Part shown: positions 63,896-64,000 of the stretch, piece after piece
Layout of the letters: each line of letters opens with the position of its first letter
How positions within the stretch are numbered: the stretch's first letter is position 1
Source of the DNA: Chrysomallon squamiferum
Lineage: Eukaryota > Animalia > Mollusca
Direction of reading: 5' to 3'
NCBI GenBank assembly: GCA_012295275.1
Contig: CM022667.1
Location: 7,626,001-7,690,000, forward strand
Length of the DNA stretch: 64,000 nt
Notes under the pieces: model-generated
Seen by the model: only the letters and a program-made list of their open reading frames with translations
What the model was told of the DNA's origin: nothing
The model's database searches: none
Program-made: the position numbers and the translations under genes

Positions 63896-64000
63896 AATCT
63901 GTCAGCTTAAGAAAAATTTGATTCTTAATGACAGAAGTGAAAATCTTTAACAAATACATTAAACTGAATACATTTTATTATTATTATTTTTTTTATTATT

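Overview
AT-rich, microsatellite-dense animal genomic DNA (eukaryotic GT-AG introns; probably an invertebrate such as a mollusc, which is inference only). The window is a tandem and inverted cluster of one family of small, 4-exon, secreted cysteine-rich protein genes that the ORF track misses because they are spliced. All share an ATG-only exon 1, a signal-peptide exon 2, and exons 3-4 encoding a QTTCEPCPY...C...C...C...PQDCxC domain whose cysteine spacing resembles Spaetzle/NGF-type cystine knots. Manual splicing gives 8 apparently intact genes in three subfamilies. A1-A3 (+ strand, 150-156 aa) have an acidic pro-region and a very basic mature domain. B1-B3 (- strand, 164-168 aa) have a C-terminal tail. 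C1-C2 (- strand, 129-131 aa) have almost no pro-region, an acidic domain and two extra Cys. There are also about 8 C-type pseudogenes or relics and a duplicated, frameshifted exon 3 inside A1. Each A gene sits head-to-head with a dead C gene, while each B gene is followed in tandem by a C gene. Pogo/Tigger and MULE transposase relics, several minisatellites and large inverted repeats record active birth-and-death evolution. Fold and function assignments come from manual pattern matching; no database search was run.
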